Origin: the human T2T-CHM13v2.0 reference genome, Homo sapiens
DNA: 64,000 nt
Assembly (NCBI RefSeq): GCF_009914755.1
Contig: NC_060925.1
Strand: one strand, 5' to 3'
Both the position numbers and the translations under genes were made by a program. The notes under the pieces were generated by a model. It was not told where the DNA came from and ran no database searches. It was given only the letters and a program-made list of their open reading frames with translations. Positions within the stretch are counted from its first letter, which is position 1; every line of letters starts with the position of its first letter. This document shows, piece after piece, positions 46,913-61,755 of this stretch.

Positions 46913-47101
46913 TAAAAATCCATTCCTTTTTTTAAAATAAGACACTGTATAATATTAATATAGCCACGGCAGCACCACTGGACTTACGGCCTGGCTTTAG
47001 GGAGACCTCAGACTGTTGACGTCAGTTTCTGGTCCACAGCTGCCTTGGAAACCTCCCTGAGCCAAAATTAAAACAACAGCTTTCTCTCAGGGTATGCTTA
47101 A

Positions 47102-47126
47102 GTTATTGTTGTTGTTGTTGTTGTTT
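47102..47126 (+). repeat. (GTT)n short microsatellite
   Basis: gttattgttgttgttgttgttgtt. Confidence 0.85.
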
Positions 47127-47468
47127 TAAAAAGAAAAAAAGACAACAGGTTTGATGTGACACTGAGTGTCTCCGGTGTGCCAGGCACTGTGTCAGGTACT
47201 TTACAAACAAGGAAAGCAAGGCACAGAGAGGCCAGGTCACCTGGGCAAGGCCGCCTGGCAGATGCTGTGTGTGGCCGCAGAGTGAGGCATGTCCCAGACT
47301 CAGCCTTCCTCACCAAGAGGGACTCAAAGCCTTCTGGGGCACTCTGTGATGAAAGCTATGGGCTCTCTCCCCAGGGAGTGCACACACACAAAAGTCTGAA
47401 TGAAATATCTGGTGGGTTCATAGTGCCCCTCTGTTCCCCAAACGTCCCCTCTGGTTAAAAAAACTCTA

Positions 47469-47675
<207 letters not shown>

Positions 47676-48185
47676 TCAGATTTTCATCAATGAAGAGCTT
47701 CAGCAGGAGTGTCTCCCATAGAAAGAGGCAGGTGTGTCTCTGGCCTCAATCCCTCTCTCTCCTGAGGTGTACATGGCCCCAGGGCTTGCCCCTCCATCAG
47801 TCTGCAACACCCCCCAGCCCTGAGGTCTCAGACACCCAGCTGCCACCTCCCCACCCTGTGACAACTTGGGCTTGTATCTTATTAAAACACTCTAGGGTCC
47901 AACCCTCTTAAAACAATGAAAACATTTTCTCACTCATATAAACAAACAAACCTTTACTGAAAACTAATGACGAACACAAAGGGACTATTTACAGAAAACA
48001 GCGTGCCTAGCCCCATCTAGATTATAAACATAACTGCACACTGGCTCTAAGGACCCTGCCATCTTCCCAGGCCCTGGCCTGGCTGTTCTGCCACTCCCCA
48101 CCTCATGCCTGAAACTGACACAAAGGAACCAATCCTCCAGCCAAAGTAAGCAATTACAACGTGTAGCTGAAATTCAGAGAGGTGA

Positions 48186-48543
<358 letters not shown>

Positions 48544-49129
48544 TAAAATTTTTTTGACCCACGAGATCTTTGACACAAAGATATCCATTTCAGCATTATT
48601 TATGATAGCAAAAAGTGAAAACAGCCTTCATGTCCAACATGAGTAAATTAAGGTACAACTGTAAGATGAAGCACTGTACGATCACTAACAGGAAGTTTGC
48701 AAAGGTGTTTTAAGCAAGTGGGAATAAGACTTATGTGACCCAATAGGAAAAAGCAGGATGCAAATTTCAGAGCCATATTTTAAAAATGTGCTCAGAAGAC
48801 TCGAACAAAAACCCACCAAAAAAGCAAAAGTTGTTTCATCCATGAGGGGGAATTTTGAGTGACTTTTTTTTTTTTAATTCTCTTTATACATTTTGGCATT
48901 TTCCAAGAGTAAAACATGCACTTTCCCTGCTTTGCCCTTTCCTTCTGATTATAAATGGAACATAGGCTCTCTGTAGGAAATTCAAAGCATTACAGAAAGT
49001 GAAACATCCCCCTGTGATCTCACCACCTAGAGACTCCCCAAAGGTAACTGCCAATAATAACTTGGTTCCCATTCTTCCAGATGTTTTCCAACAGGGATTA
49101 CTTTTAGAATCAAATAATTTCTCTAAAAA

Positions 49130-49385
49130 ATAATCCACATGATTCCATACATATGAAATGGCCAGACAGAAAGTGAATGGTGAGCTGGGGCAGGAGTGGG
49201 CATGAAGAATAACTGCAAATGGATGCAGGAGGTGTTCTGGGGGTGATGGAAATGTTCCAAAATTGGATTGTGGTTATGGATGCACAACTCTGTAAATTTC
49301 CTAAAAATGTACAAAACCGCACTGTACACTTAAAGCTGGGGAATCTTATATGTAAATCAGATCTCAATAAAGCAGCTGAAAAAAG
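49130..49385 (+). mobile_element. Old L1 3' end fragment
   Basis: ggggtgatggaaatgttc...gcacaactctgtaaat...ctgtacacttaaa...atctcaataaagc. Confidence 0.75.
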
Positions 49386-50770
49386 AACAAAACAACCACT
49401 AGAGGCAGGGAGTGCTGGGCTGTGCAGGAGGGCAGTCCATGGCTTTATGCTCTGCCCTCAAGAGCACATGGTAAGACCCTGTAGCAGGAACAGAGGAAGC
49501 TGGAGGCCTCTCGGCATCACCTGGACAAACAGCCCTCGGCAGAGAGGCTCAACAGATAACCTGAGAGCGGCAGGGTCAGCGAGGTCAGTTCCAGTCTACA
49601 CGGGAGGCAGGAAGAGCGCCAGCCCTGAAAATGCATTCCTGAGGCTCAGGCTGCACTGCCAGGCTCGCTTTAAAGCCAGGCCAAAGGAAAACAGCACTGG
49701 CCGGGGTGTCCAAATACTTTACCAAGTTCAGGATGCACTGCGTGCAGGAAAACTGAGACCATTTTTCTCTGTTTCAACAGAAACTTGAAAACCACCCCTG
49801 ACAACATGTTAGTCCCTGGAAGTACTCAATTACGGTGAAAAGCCATCGGCAAAAGTTAAAGTGAGTAATATGACAGTGAGCCATGTAAGAAGTAAAGGTG
49901 AGTGGAAGATTATGAACTACATAAAAGGCACAATGATCTGAGTCTAGAAAGGCAATCTGGAAGCCTGAAAAGGTACAAATGGGTGCAATTCTCTTAGAAA
50001 GTAATGGGCAAGTAAATGTCAAAAGCGTTTAAAATATTCATAACCTCCTAGGAATCTACCCTAATGAAACCACTCAAGCTGATGAACAAAGATGCCCACT
50101 GCTCTACCCACTGCTCCACGGCAAAAAAAAACTGGAAATAATCTCCCCCAACAACAGGGAAGTGATCATCTACTGTGTAACCCTTACAATTGCACAGTGT
50201 TAAAAACGTGGGAAAATGTTTTATGTTTAATTAGCGAAACTGAATATAAAAATTTACTATCAAGTGAGTAAAAAAATGCCCAAATCCTGGAAATGATATA
50301 TAAAAACGTTAACAGTGTTTTTCTTTAGGTGGAAAGATTGATTTTTTCCCCTCCTTTCATATGTATTTAGTGAACTCCAAGTTTTTTCCATCACATGATT
50401 TCAGTCTCTAAAAATCCGTGATCCATCACGCCAACTGGATTTTGTCAATTTTACCCTCTATGGTTTGTACTGTGCAAAACTAGGCTTCACTTTATTTTCC
50501 AAACAAAAAATACTATTACTGAGTATGTTTTCTCAAATTACCACCCCACTGCCCAAAAAATGACACCTGCCACACTCAAGATTATGGTGGCCCCCAGGAG
50601 GTGTGCCCATCCCAGCCCTCACTGGGTGCAAGCTCTCTCTTTCTTCTATCATCCTTCTGCAGAGAAGGATTTTGTAATTGTTGTTGCTTTGTTTTAAAGT
50701 GGGAAAGAAAAATATTGACGAACTTAAAACTCGACATAGACAGAGACATTGGGCAGCACCAGACCTAATC

Positions 50771-51031
50771 TTTTTTTTTTTTTTTTTTTTTTTTGAGATG
50801 GAGTCTCACTCTATTCAAGCAATTCTCCTGTCTCAGCCTCCTGAGCAGCTGGGATTACAGGCACGCTCCACCACATCCAGCTAATTTTTTTTTTTTTTTT
50901 TTTGTATTTTTAGTAGAGATGGGGTTTCACCATGTTGGCCAGGCTGGTCTCAAACTCCTGACCTCGGGTGATCTGCCCACCTCGGCCTCCTAAAGTGCTG
51001 GGATTATAGGCGAGAGCCACTGCACCTGGCC
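50771..51031 (-). mobile_element. Alu with a right-arm deletion and expanded linker
   Basis: TSD cagacctaatcttt at 50760-50773 and 51032-51045. Confidence 0.9.
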
Positions 51032-52330
51032 CAGACCTAATCTTTGAGGGAACTCAGCATCATCATAGAAGGCTGAAACCACAAGATCTATTTTTTGTGC
51101 CTTCCTAAGAGTGTTGTGTGCATGCAGCAATCCAGCGAAATGGTGAGTTGCACAGATACACCTGGGGGATGCCAGCCTAAGATCAGGGCCAGGGTGGCAC
51201 AGCAGCACCCTGGGAGCTGGTGGAGGAGGGCACGGCTCACTGACGCCATCCGACCCAGCCCCAGCAGCTCGCAGGCCACACTGCTCCTCTCCGCCTCGGT
51301 GGCCTTGCCAGAATGCTGGGCCTCTCTGATGCACTGGTACTATCTAAGCAATCGGCAACTAACAGTAGTGAAAGCATAGTTCATTTTAGGTTTAAGAATT
51401 AGAACAGGCTCAATGTTGCTCTCTAATCACACCCTCACTCCCCTGCACTCTAATAAGCTTCCGTCAGTGTGAAGAAAAGAGGGCGGAGGGAGGGCTTACT
51501 CGAGGGAACTGTGAAACACACTCCCCCAGGAGTGGGTGGAGCTCAGGACACCTCTCAGGCCTGGCACAGGTGGGCTTTTCTTTCGGAGGAAAATTAAGTA
51601 GTAGCCAGTCAACCTATCAGCCAACTGCGCATCAAGGGGCCACAGTCTATAGGATGGGAAGCCAAAATATCTCCAAGCAAGAAGGGTGGTGCGCCGCTGC
51701 GCACATCCCAAATACCCGCTTCTCTCCAGGCACTGCCCACCCATGAGGGACTTTCCCTTTTCCAAGTGGCAGAGCTCCACTCCTGGCTGTCAACCACTGT
51801 GAATGGGACATCTCCTCTCCTCCTCCCTTCCACCCTTTCGGGAGAGCATTTGATTAATATTTTTCTACTTTTGTTGCCCCAAGTTGAGGAGTGTTTAGAG
51901 ATGGAAAATAATACATTACTTCCCTCTCTGACAACCGCCTTAATCCACAAAGCCCAGAGGTAAAAACTCACAAGCTGTTTCTTCTCTGAACCGCAGAAAC
52001 AAACCTGGTTGCAGTTGGGGCACTGTGGACCAGAGAAAGATGCAGTGTTTCATCATTACCTACCCATGATAAATGCTGTAGGGGTTTTTTCTTATTCAAC
52101 TGCAGATGATTCACATTAGAAGCTGCCTGGTGACCAGACTAACTTTCCTCCCTACTTGGGCAAAAAGTTGTCACCTAGCCAACACATTTCCTGGGGGTAG
52201 ACTGTGCCTTGTGGATTCCATCAGCTTTGCTATTTACTTCTCCCTTCACCCTGGCAGTTAACATTTCAACCCTGATGGCCACGGCCACCTGTTGCTCCTC
52301 CTCCCCCCTCAGATCTAAAGTGCGTGTCAC

Positions 52331-52411
52331 CTTTCTAGGTTCTGGGTCACATCTTCTGGGCTGGCCAAGGCCTGGGCGAGAGAACCCTGTATCCTGGAAC
52401 TGCCTGGGCAT
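52331..52411 (-). CDS. CAPZB: Probable alternative first coding exon of CAPZB (27 codons, MPRQFQDTGFSRPGLGQPRRCDPEPRK), joining in frame to SDQQLD...
   Basis: ATG at 52411-52409 followed by exactly 81 nt to a phase-0 donor AAG|gtgaca; in-frame stop upstream at 52495-52493. I recall an annotated minor CAPZB isoform with this N-terminus but cannot verify it here. Confidence 0.7.
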
Positions 52412-53002
52412 TGGAGGAGGTGATGGGTTAATAACAATCGTTTTGCAGGCAGGGGAGGCGAGGGGGCAAGAGGAAGTGGAAACATGACGTGACTAGGGAC
52501 GCTGCCCCAGGCTGCTCGCTGCCCGCTCCTGACTTCTCCCATCTGGTTTCCATCTGACCCAAGCAGCTGGCCAGATGGTTTTCATTTGCAGATGAAACCC
52601 CAGCAGTTCCATTGCCACAAAAACTCCTGACCGTAGAGTCTCTGTAAGGCTGATAACGCACAAAGTGCACTGCGGTGTCTCTGAGCAGGCCTGAAAGGTC
52701 ATGCTTCCCAAAGCCGGAACCAGGACAACAGGAACAAAGTGGGGTCTTGACACTTGAAAATTCCGATGACAGCCAGAAGAGGAAATGCACTGGCCTGGCG
52801 AGATGCGAGTCACAGTCAGGCATGGAGCTGAGGAACGGGGAAGATTTTGCCAGTGAATCAGACCTTGTCTCTATGCCATCCACTAGCATCCTTAAGGTGA
52901 GGAAAGAACCAGCAGGTCTCAGGGTGAACCATGGTATGTCCACTCAGTGGAACAGTACGAAACAGCTAAACCCAGGTTCGTAAAGAAAATGTAGGCTGGA
53001 CT

Positions 53003-53650
53003 GGCTGGGGGCTGTGGCCCACACCTGTAATCTCGGCACTTTGGGAAGCTGAGACGGGCAGATCACTTGAGATCAGGAGTTCGAGACCAGCCTGGCTGAC
53101 ACGGCAAAACTCTGTCTCTACTAAAAACACAAAAATTAGCTGGGCGTGGTGCGTGCCTACAGTCCCATCTACTTGAGAGGCTGAGGCATGAGAAACCTTG
53201 AACCTAAGAGGCAGAGGTTGCAGTGAGCCAAGATCATGCCACTGCACTCTAGCCTGGTTGACAGAGCAAGAGTCTGTCTCAAAAAAAAAAAAAAAAAGAG
53301 AGAGACAGAGAGAAAGAAAGAAAGAGAGCGAGAGAAAGAGAAAGAAAAAAATATAGGCTGGGCACAGTAGCTCACGCCTGTTATCCCAGCACTTTGAGGG
53401 GCTGAGTCAGGAGAATCGATTTGAGCCCAGGAGTTTGAGATCAGCCTGGGCAACATAAGGAGACTCTGTCTCTACAAATAATTAAAAAATTAGCCAGGCA
53501 TGATGTTGCGCACCCGTAGTCCCACTTACTCACAGGAGGCTGAGGTGGGAGGACTGCTTGAGCCCAGGAGGTGGGGGCTGCAGTGAGCAGGAATTGTACC
53601 ATTGCACTCCAACCTGGGCAACAGAGCAAGACCCTGTCTCCAAAAAAAAA

Positions 53651-53685
<35 letters not shown>

Positions 53686-53692
53686 GAAAAAA
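53003..53692 (+). mobile_element. Two tandem Alus (53003-53296 with GA-rich extension; 53356-53692)
   Basis: Two dimers, each with A/GA-rich tails. Confidence 0.9.
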
Positions 53693-53726
53693 TGTAGTAA
53701 TACAATACATGGAAATAGTGATAATG

Positions 53727-53965
53727 CAGGCTGAGTATTAGTTTTCCTTATCTGAAATGCTGGGGACCTGAAGTGTTTTGGATTTTGAATTTTTTCCAAT
53801 TTTGAAATACTTGCATTATACTTACTGGTTGAGAATCCCAAATCAGAAAATCCAAAATCCATGTCCCAAAGAACATTTCCTTTGAGCCTCATGTCAGTGC
53901 TCACAAAGTTTTGGGTTTTGGAGCATTCTGGGTTTTAAATTTTCACATTAGGGATACTCAGCCTG
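53727..53965 (+). mobile_element. Tigger4a/MER46A-type MITE
   Basis: Perfect 12-bp terminal inverted repeats caggctgagtat / atactcagcctg; about 240 bp. Confidence 0.85.
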
Positions 53966-53969
53966 TAAG

Positions 53970-54150
53970 AGTGTGTCAGGCACTGTTTTAGGCATGTAAA
54001 ATGTGTCAACTCAATCTTCATAGCATGCCTGTAAGACAGCTTATGTTATTAATCCTACTTCATAGATGAGGGGACTGAGGTAGGGAGAGGTTAAGGAGCT
54101 TACCAAATATCACACAGGTAATAAGTGGCAGAGCTGGAAGCCTGGTTCCA
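53970..54150 (-). mobile_element. MIR
   Basis: atagatgaggggactgagg...gaggttaag...tcacacag...aagtggcagagctgg. Confidence 0.72.
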
Positions 54151-56283
54151 GAGACCCAGGTGAATCCCAAAAAAGAGAAGCTGGGCACAAGGCCCCAGGG
54201 AAGCAAAAACCTGAAAAACTATCCTTTCACACTTGTGCAGGGTCAGTTGATGTTAGGCTTGTATTGCAAAATTTATACTTCTGAAGAAGGATAAAGCAGC
54301 AAGAGGGAAAAAGTATCTAAAATGCAGACACATATACCACATTTGTTTTGGAAAAGACAAGTCAGGAGCCCACAAAAGGTTATGAAAAACCCCAGTGACA
54401 CCACCACCAATGTTTGTCTTTGGAATAATGGAAAGAGATGTGTATTACTTGTAAGAATGATCTCTGCTATTACATGACTCATTCCTGCATGCAAGGACTG
54501 CTCTCATCTGGTGCCAAGGAAAGACTGCTGAATTATGGAATTGCAAACATTATCACTGACTGTTACTCACAACACTGCAGGGCAAACTGATATGCGCCAA
54601 ATCAGCCATGTTAAGGGGTTGTTATTGCACCTCTCCTCAGGACCAGCTGTTGCTATTTCGCATTAAGACTTTAACCATATCTTAGTCCAAGAACTCATCA
54701 ACCTCAGCAGTTGAGTTGCTTGGAAATGCCCAGGGTCCACACAAGTTCCCCAGGGGAACCCACCATGGGTCTGGGGACTGGAGTCATGGGACAAAAAGGG
54801 GAATGGTAGAGGCAGAGAACAGAAACAGGGAACGGAAACAACAGATAAAAGGAAATCACTGACACAGATGGCATGCAAAAGGCCTTTCAGAGTGGAAATG
54901 GACAATCCCGAAATTGGCAACATATGATGTGCTCTTTATTCCTGCTCCCCACCGGCATGTGGTAGAAGGATGCAGAGGAAAGGACGGTAATGGGTAAGAT
55001 AATATGAATACCACCCTACAGGCACGTGTCATCTAGGAGCCTACCGAGTGTCCCACCTTAGTGATCTGACCCTCAGACAAAACTGAGAGGGAGACGCCAC
55101 CATCCCCACCCTGCAGATGGGAGACAGAGGCTCTGGGGAGTGGTCCCCAGAAACATGTGGCTACTCAGAGACAAGGCTAGGACCAGGGGGTGATCACTTT
55201 CCACATGGACAGTGTGGAAATATCAGCCAATAATGTGTCCTCTAATCTATTTATTATGGCCTCCACCTCTCTGATGACTTTAAAGTGCCTCACCCTCAAC
55301 ATAGCTGAAACCGAACTAGGTTTGCCCCACCGAAACCTAGCAGTTATCATGCAGATAACAGCTAACATTTACTGAGCATTTATTATGTGCCAATAATAAT
55401 GCTATGAAGCAATTTTACTGTTTATTATTGTAATTTACTGTTTATTATTGTAATTATTATTTTATTATTTCTCTCCACCCAAGTACCAACCCTCCCCCAC
55501 TTTGTCCAAGAGACCACAGTGATTGCCCTACACCTGCCCCAACCCATCCTCTCTGCACATCTGGGTCAGGGCAAGCTTTCCAAGACTTACCTGGCCAGTC
55601 CTCACTGCCCACCCCCTGCAGTCCTCTTACCTGATCATCCCTCCATCCCTCTCCATCCCATGTCCCAGCCTGCTCCTGCCCCCGACTCAGCTCCTTCCTG
55701 CCAGGCTTCTGCATGTACTATTCCTTCTGCCTGGACTGCCACCCCCTCAGCTCAAGCCTGCTCCCCCGCAACGGCTCTAGGGCAGCATCTCCCTCCAGAT
55801 GCCATGACCCCGTAGTTGTTGATCATTGCCCCCACTGGGACATAGGCTCCAGGGGAGCAAAGGAAGAGGCTGTTCTTGGTCGCCTCTGTACTGCCCGAGT
55901 CCGGCACAGTGGTCGGCTCATAGCCAATGAATAAACATTCCCGGAACAATTCTATGACTCTCAAATTAGCCTGAGCACCAAAAAGAGGAGCAGGGTCTGA
56001 GTTGTGGGCTGAGCTATCCTGGTGCCAAGGCAGGCCTTCCACTGCCACGTACACACCCTGAAGGCAGAGTCAGCACGCCCAAATCCTGTGGGGCCTGATG
56101 GTGACCACTCAAGCTCGGACAAACCCCAAGTGTGATCTCACTGGAATCCATGTCAACGCCCAAGTCCTCAACTCCAGCAGAAACTCCCCATCTGTTCCTC
56201 TGCTCTCCTCTCCACCACACTGCCCTCCTGCCACTGGACCCTCACCACTCCCCTCCAAGCCCCACCTTCGGCAGTCAGAATAA

Positions 56284-56601
<318 letters not shown>

Positions 56602-56672
56602 GGCAGTCAGAATAATTTATTTTAACATAAATAAAGTCATCGCCCAGATTGACACCTTCCAGCTTCTTGTGA

Positions 56673-57274
<602 letters not shown>

Positions 57275-59413
57275 TGAATATTTGCTGAATCCACCCCTTT
57301 TACTATGTGAATAGTGAACAATTACTGAGCCCTTGCTGGGGGCTAGGCAGTGAAATGCACATTAGATGCATTAACTCATCCCCTGGTAGACATCCCTACT
57401 GCCATTTTACAGATGAAAATGAGGAACAAAGAAGCTAAGGACTGGGGCCACTTGGGACTCACGCCCAGGCAGCCAGCTGCAGCGTCTGCAATTTCAACCC
57501 TCCCCTAAGTGTGCTGCCTCCTGGAGTTGTAGAAGGCTACAGACTCATCCCCCAGAGTGGCCAGGGCTCCTGGAGGGCAGGCATCACATCTTAGGTTTCT
57601 CCAGGCTCAGGCCCTCCAACAGGAGGTCCTGAATAAAAGCTCAGGAATAACTGCAGTTCAAGGAAGCCTTGGCTAGAAAACCCTACAATAAAAGGCAGGC
57701 AAGACTGGCCATGAGTAGCGCCATCCCTGCAGTGCTGATAATTCACACCTGCACTCACAGGTAGGCTAAGGCAGTCCCTCAGGTGGGCTGAAGAATGAAA
57801 TGCTGGCCACGTAAGATGTAAACCCCAAAGAGCAAGTTTGTCCCATCAGGTCCCCTATGTTACCCCATAATATCTGCATCCTGATCTTTAAAACTCTTTT
57901 CCAGAGAAAGTCAAGCAAATGATATTTGGAGGGCTTTCCTGCTGCTTTTATTTTGGAAAGTTATATAAGAGTCCTAAGAGTCACTCCTGAGCGCTTAGAG
58001 TAGTGGCACATTTATGCACATTCCTCACTTGGTCCTTACAACAACCCTCTGAGTCACACACGATCATCCCAAATGACAATTGTGGAAACCGAGGCTCAGT
58101 GACCTGAGGGACTTGCCTAGGGCCACAGAGCTGCCAAGCAGGAAATCTAGGCTGCCTGAGTGCAAGCTCGCAGTCTGTACTGTAATGCCAAAGGCTTCAC
58201 TAACTCATTTCAGAAAGCAATTGTCACGATCTTCTCTAAACTATTAATACTTACAAATACTCATTCAAGGAGTAGAGCTTAGAGGCTGTGAGGCAAAGGC
58301 AGAACCATTTCTGGGTGACACATCAGAAAATTACTGTTCCGTTCATCTAAATGATGTTTAAAATGCCCACTGCAGCATGAAAGTGCCTCTGCTGAGAAAC
58401 TGCAGACATCAGCAGGAGCCATAAAGGAAAGATAAACTCTTGGTAAAGGGAAGGAAGAGGGGCTGAGTGGGTGAGTTACAGCTGAATTCACAGGACACCG
58501 GTCCCGCAAAGAGGAAGCCAAATTGCAGTCCAAGCAGCCAGGATGCGGAGGGCCCGGAGGGCTTGGAACCCTGCAGGCAGCCTGGCTGTGGAGACAGAGC
58601 AGGACAAGCTCTGAGACACCCCCAGGAGTGGCAGACAGAGACAATTCATGCCTCCCGTCCCGGGAGCAGGCAAGGGTTCCTGGGTTAAGGGGAAACAAAG
58701 GGGTCCATCTAAAAAATATGAAAGGCCTGGCTGTGCTGAGTGTGGGTGAATAAGGTGGAGTATGGTTAACAAAACGATTCCACATCAGCAAATGCTAACA
58801 CAGGGCTCCTGGGATCCCATAGAGAGAGAGTCTATTTCCATTTTTATTTCTTAACTCAAAAAATAAAATTAAACTTTACTTTCTAGAAGAGGACGATGAG
58901 AGAAGATCGCTGGGTGGCCACGTGATGGATAAGACATGCAGGCCTCCCTTGTTGGTCCCCACTGGCCTCATTAAGGCTGGGACTATTATTTCTCAACACA
59001 CATGGTCTGTCCTGTCACACGCTAGTGGTTTCCAACAAGCGGGATGCCCACAGCAAGTGCCCTCCAATCCGTCACAGTCCCTGCCGCATCTTGGGTCTCT
59101 TGACCTGGCCTATTTACTCTTATCTACCAGCCACTGTGGGCCTTTGGATTTGCATCCTGCTTGATAAAAATCACTGAGGAGCTACAAAGAGATGAGATTG
59201 GCCCTGACGCCAATTGTCACTCATCTCAGGTCCTTCCAAAAGAGCTGGCAGACTCAGAGGTCCATGGACACTGCCACATCCAGTACCACAGGCTACAACA
59301 CATACACTTCCTTTCTAAGCCATGAATAGGTCACAATCTCAAGCAAGTTATATACACAGGAAAAACAAGGGCCAGTTTCCTACATTTTATAAGATTCTTA
59401 TATGCAAGGCTCT

Positions 59414-59708
59414 TGTTTATTTGTTTTTCAGACCAAGTCTCACTCTGTTGCCCAGGGTGGAGTGCAGTGGCACGATCTCAGCTCTGCAACCTCTGCCTCC
59501 TGGGTTCAAGCGGTTCTCCTGCCTCAGCCTCCCAAGTAGCTGGGACTACAGGCGCGCACCATCATGTCTGGCTAATTTTTGCATTTTTGGTAGAGATGGA
59601 GTTTTGCCATGTTGGCCAGGCTGGCCTTGAACTCCTGGCCTCAAGTGATGTGCCTGCCTTGGCCTCCCAAAGTGCTGAAATTACAGGTGTGAACCACCAG
59701 GCCCGGTC
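59414..59708 (-). mobile_element. Alu, full length
   Basis: Antisense dimer; caaggctc on both flanks. Confidence 0.92.
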
Positions 59709-61675
59709 CACAAGGCTCATAATTTTAAGGGCAACCAACAATCTGCTGCTATAGTAAACAGAACACATTGAAGAGAGAAGCAAGAGCTTTGAGAAGTAAA
59801 CAAAAGAAATTTTAAAATAATCTGAATACTAATGACACCTCTAAGAAGAGGGTCAGGTGCAAATCCAAGCCAGGATCAGGTATTCCATTGGAAACTAGTT
59901 TTTTAAAAAAATAAATCCCACAAGATAATCTCTGGTTTCACACAGAGACTGGTATACAACAGGACCATCTTTCCAGCGTTAGCCTCAATATCCCAGTCTT
60001 GGGTTCCCTTCAACGTAGGTGTTCTTGGTTCATCGACTGCCTCACATGGAATGCAGAACTATCCCCCTACCCATGCACGATTCCCCCGTACAGAAAAAAA
60101 TTCAGAGCAAGAATACTCCAGCCCACAGACCCAGCCTGTCTTTAAGGATCAGACCATCCCACAACGTGACATCCTCGAACAGACTATTTCACTGGGGCTG
60201 CCCATGGAGTCTATTTGGGAAAGGCAAACAGAGCGGCCGATGGCAGGGGCTGCTCAGATCACAGGAATCCCAAACCTAACAAAAACCCAATAATGTTATA
60301 AAGGGAGAAGGGAAGATGATGCTTAAATCTCAAACACAACTTCAGCAAAAGGTATTGTTGCATGGGTCATCTGTATTCCTCCAGGACAGAAGATGGTAAG
60401 AGCACTAATAAAGGTCATTATACTCATTTGAGCAGGGCACTCTTGAAGATTTTCATCCAGGAAATGGACCAGCATTCCAAACTATTACTTAGAGATTAGC
60501 TCTGTGTGTGTTGGAGGGTAGCCTAAAGGGTTAGGGTTAACCCCAGAAAGGCAGGAAGTTCCAGAAAAAAGGCAGTCATTCTACCCAAGTCTTGTTGGAA
60601 CTAAAGCACAGCGGGAAAAGCGAGCAAACCAAAGGGGAATTAGAGACATTCACAAAGGGAGGGGCCTTGGGATTAATGGACTCTCTAATTTTTGAATTTC
60701 CTGAGGTTTACGGCTGATTAGGCCCCTTAGCCATACTGTAATGTGATCAAATTTCAACTGGGTTCACAGCACAGTTGAAGGTAGAAGATGACACAGACAT
60801 CACCAGTGGGCCCCAGAGACTACAGACAAGGTCCGCAGTGCTCGCTTCCGGGCTTGATCGCACTAATTAGGCACCTTTAATTCCCCAAACAATGGCGCAC
60901 AGGCTGGCTCAGAGGGCACTGTGTGATCCACCGCATGCTTGAGGAGCTCTTACAATACTATGTACTGATAATTCTCTAATTTGGTACAAGCATATTTAAG
61001 CACATGGCTCAAAGGTGGAGAGAAATGACATTGCAACCCGCAAACACATATGCACAAAAATATTCAACTTTGCCAAGTGAAGACATACAAGTGAAAAATG
61101 AGGGACGATGTACTGCTGACTAAATTAGAAATTAAGGGAGAAAAGCGCCCAGTGTTAACAAAGAAGCAATAACCTGATGCTCACACTGCGGACGGTGTTA
61201 TGAATCGGCCTGACACTTTGGAAAGCAACTTGGCAGAATTTGTCAAGAGCTGTAAAAGTGTTCATACTGTGGCACGGTAACGTTACTCCTGGGAATCCAA
61301 ACACAGAAACCACTTCAGAAGGACCAGTCACTGTGACATCGCTTATAAGGAAAAAAAAGAAAAACAACAACAACTGGAAAAAACCTAAAGGGCAACATCA
61401 GGGAAGTTACCCCCCTGCCATCTGATGTTTAAGGAGTAAACAGCCAGTAAGCAATGATGGTTGTAAGGACTTCCTGATAATGTGGGAAAAGTCTTAGGTC
61501 ATAATAATTTTTAAAAAGGAAGATGAATAATTATATGTAGCCTATGACCACAACTAATCAAAAACCTCATGTATATAAGAAATAAAAGGAGTTGCCAAAA
61601 AAAAAAAAAAAACACTAAACTGGTGCAAGTGACTTTTTTCCTTCTGTGATCTGAGCTTTCCACAATGATGCTTTA

Positions 61676-61755
61676 TTAAGTTGAACTACATGAAATTGCC
61701 AACACACAGCCATTTCTGACCTACACAAGTGGCACTTTCACATGGGTCAACATAA
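61676..61755. mobile_element. MADE2 (mariner-derived 80-bp MITE)
   Basis: ttaagttgaactacatgaaattgcc...ggcactttcacatgggtcaacataa: imperfect inverted termini, 80 bp, TA on both sides. Confidence 0.8.

Noticed and set aside
49219-49788. Longest ORF in the track (189 aa)
   Set aside because: Begins in an L1 3'-UTR remnant; no recognisable domain or splice/promoter support.
52428-52943. 171-aa minus-strand ORF upstream of the alternative exon
   Set aside because: Terminates before the donor and shows no recognisable homology; at most a uORF if transcribed.
60528-60540. GGGTTAGGGTTA telomere-like sequence
   Set aside because: Two units only; expected by chance.
60838-60848. GTGCTCGCTTC, identical to the U6 snRNA 5' end
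   Set aside because: Only 11 nt; homology does not continue.
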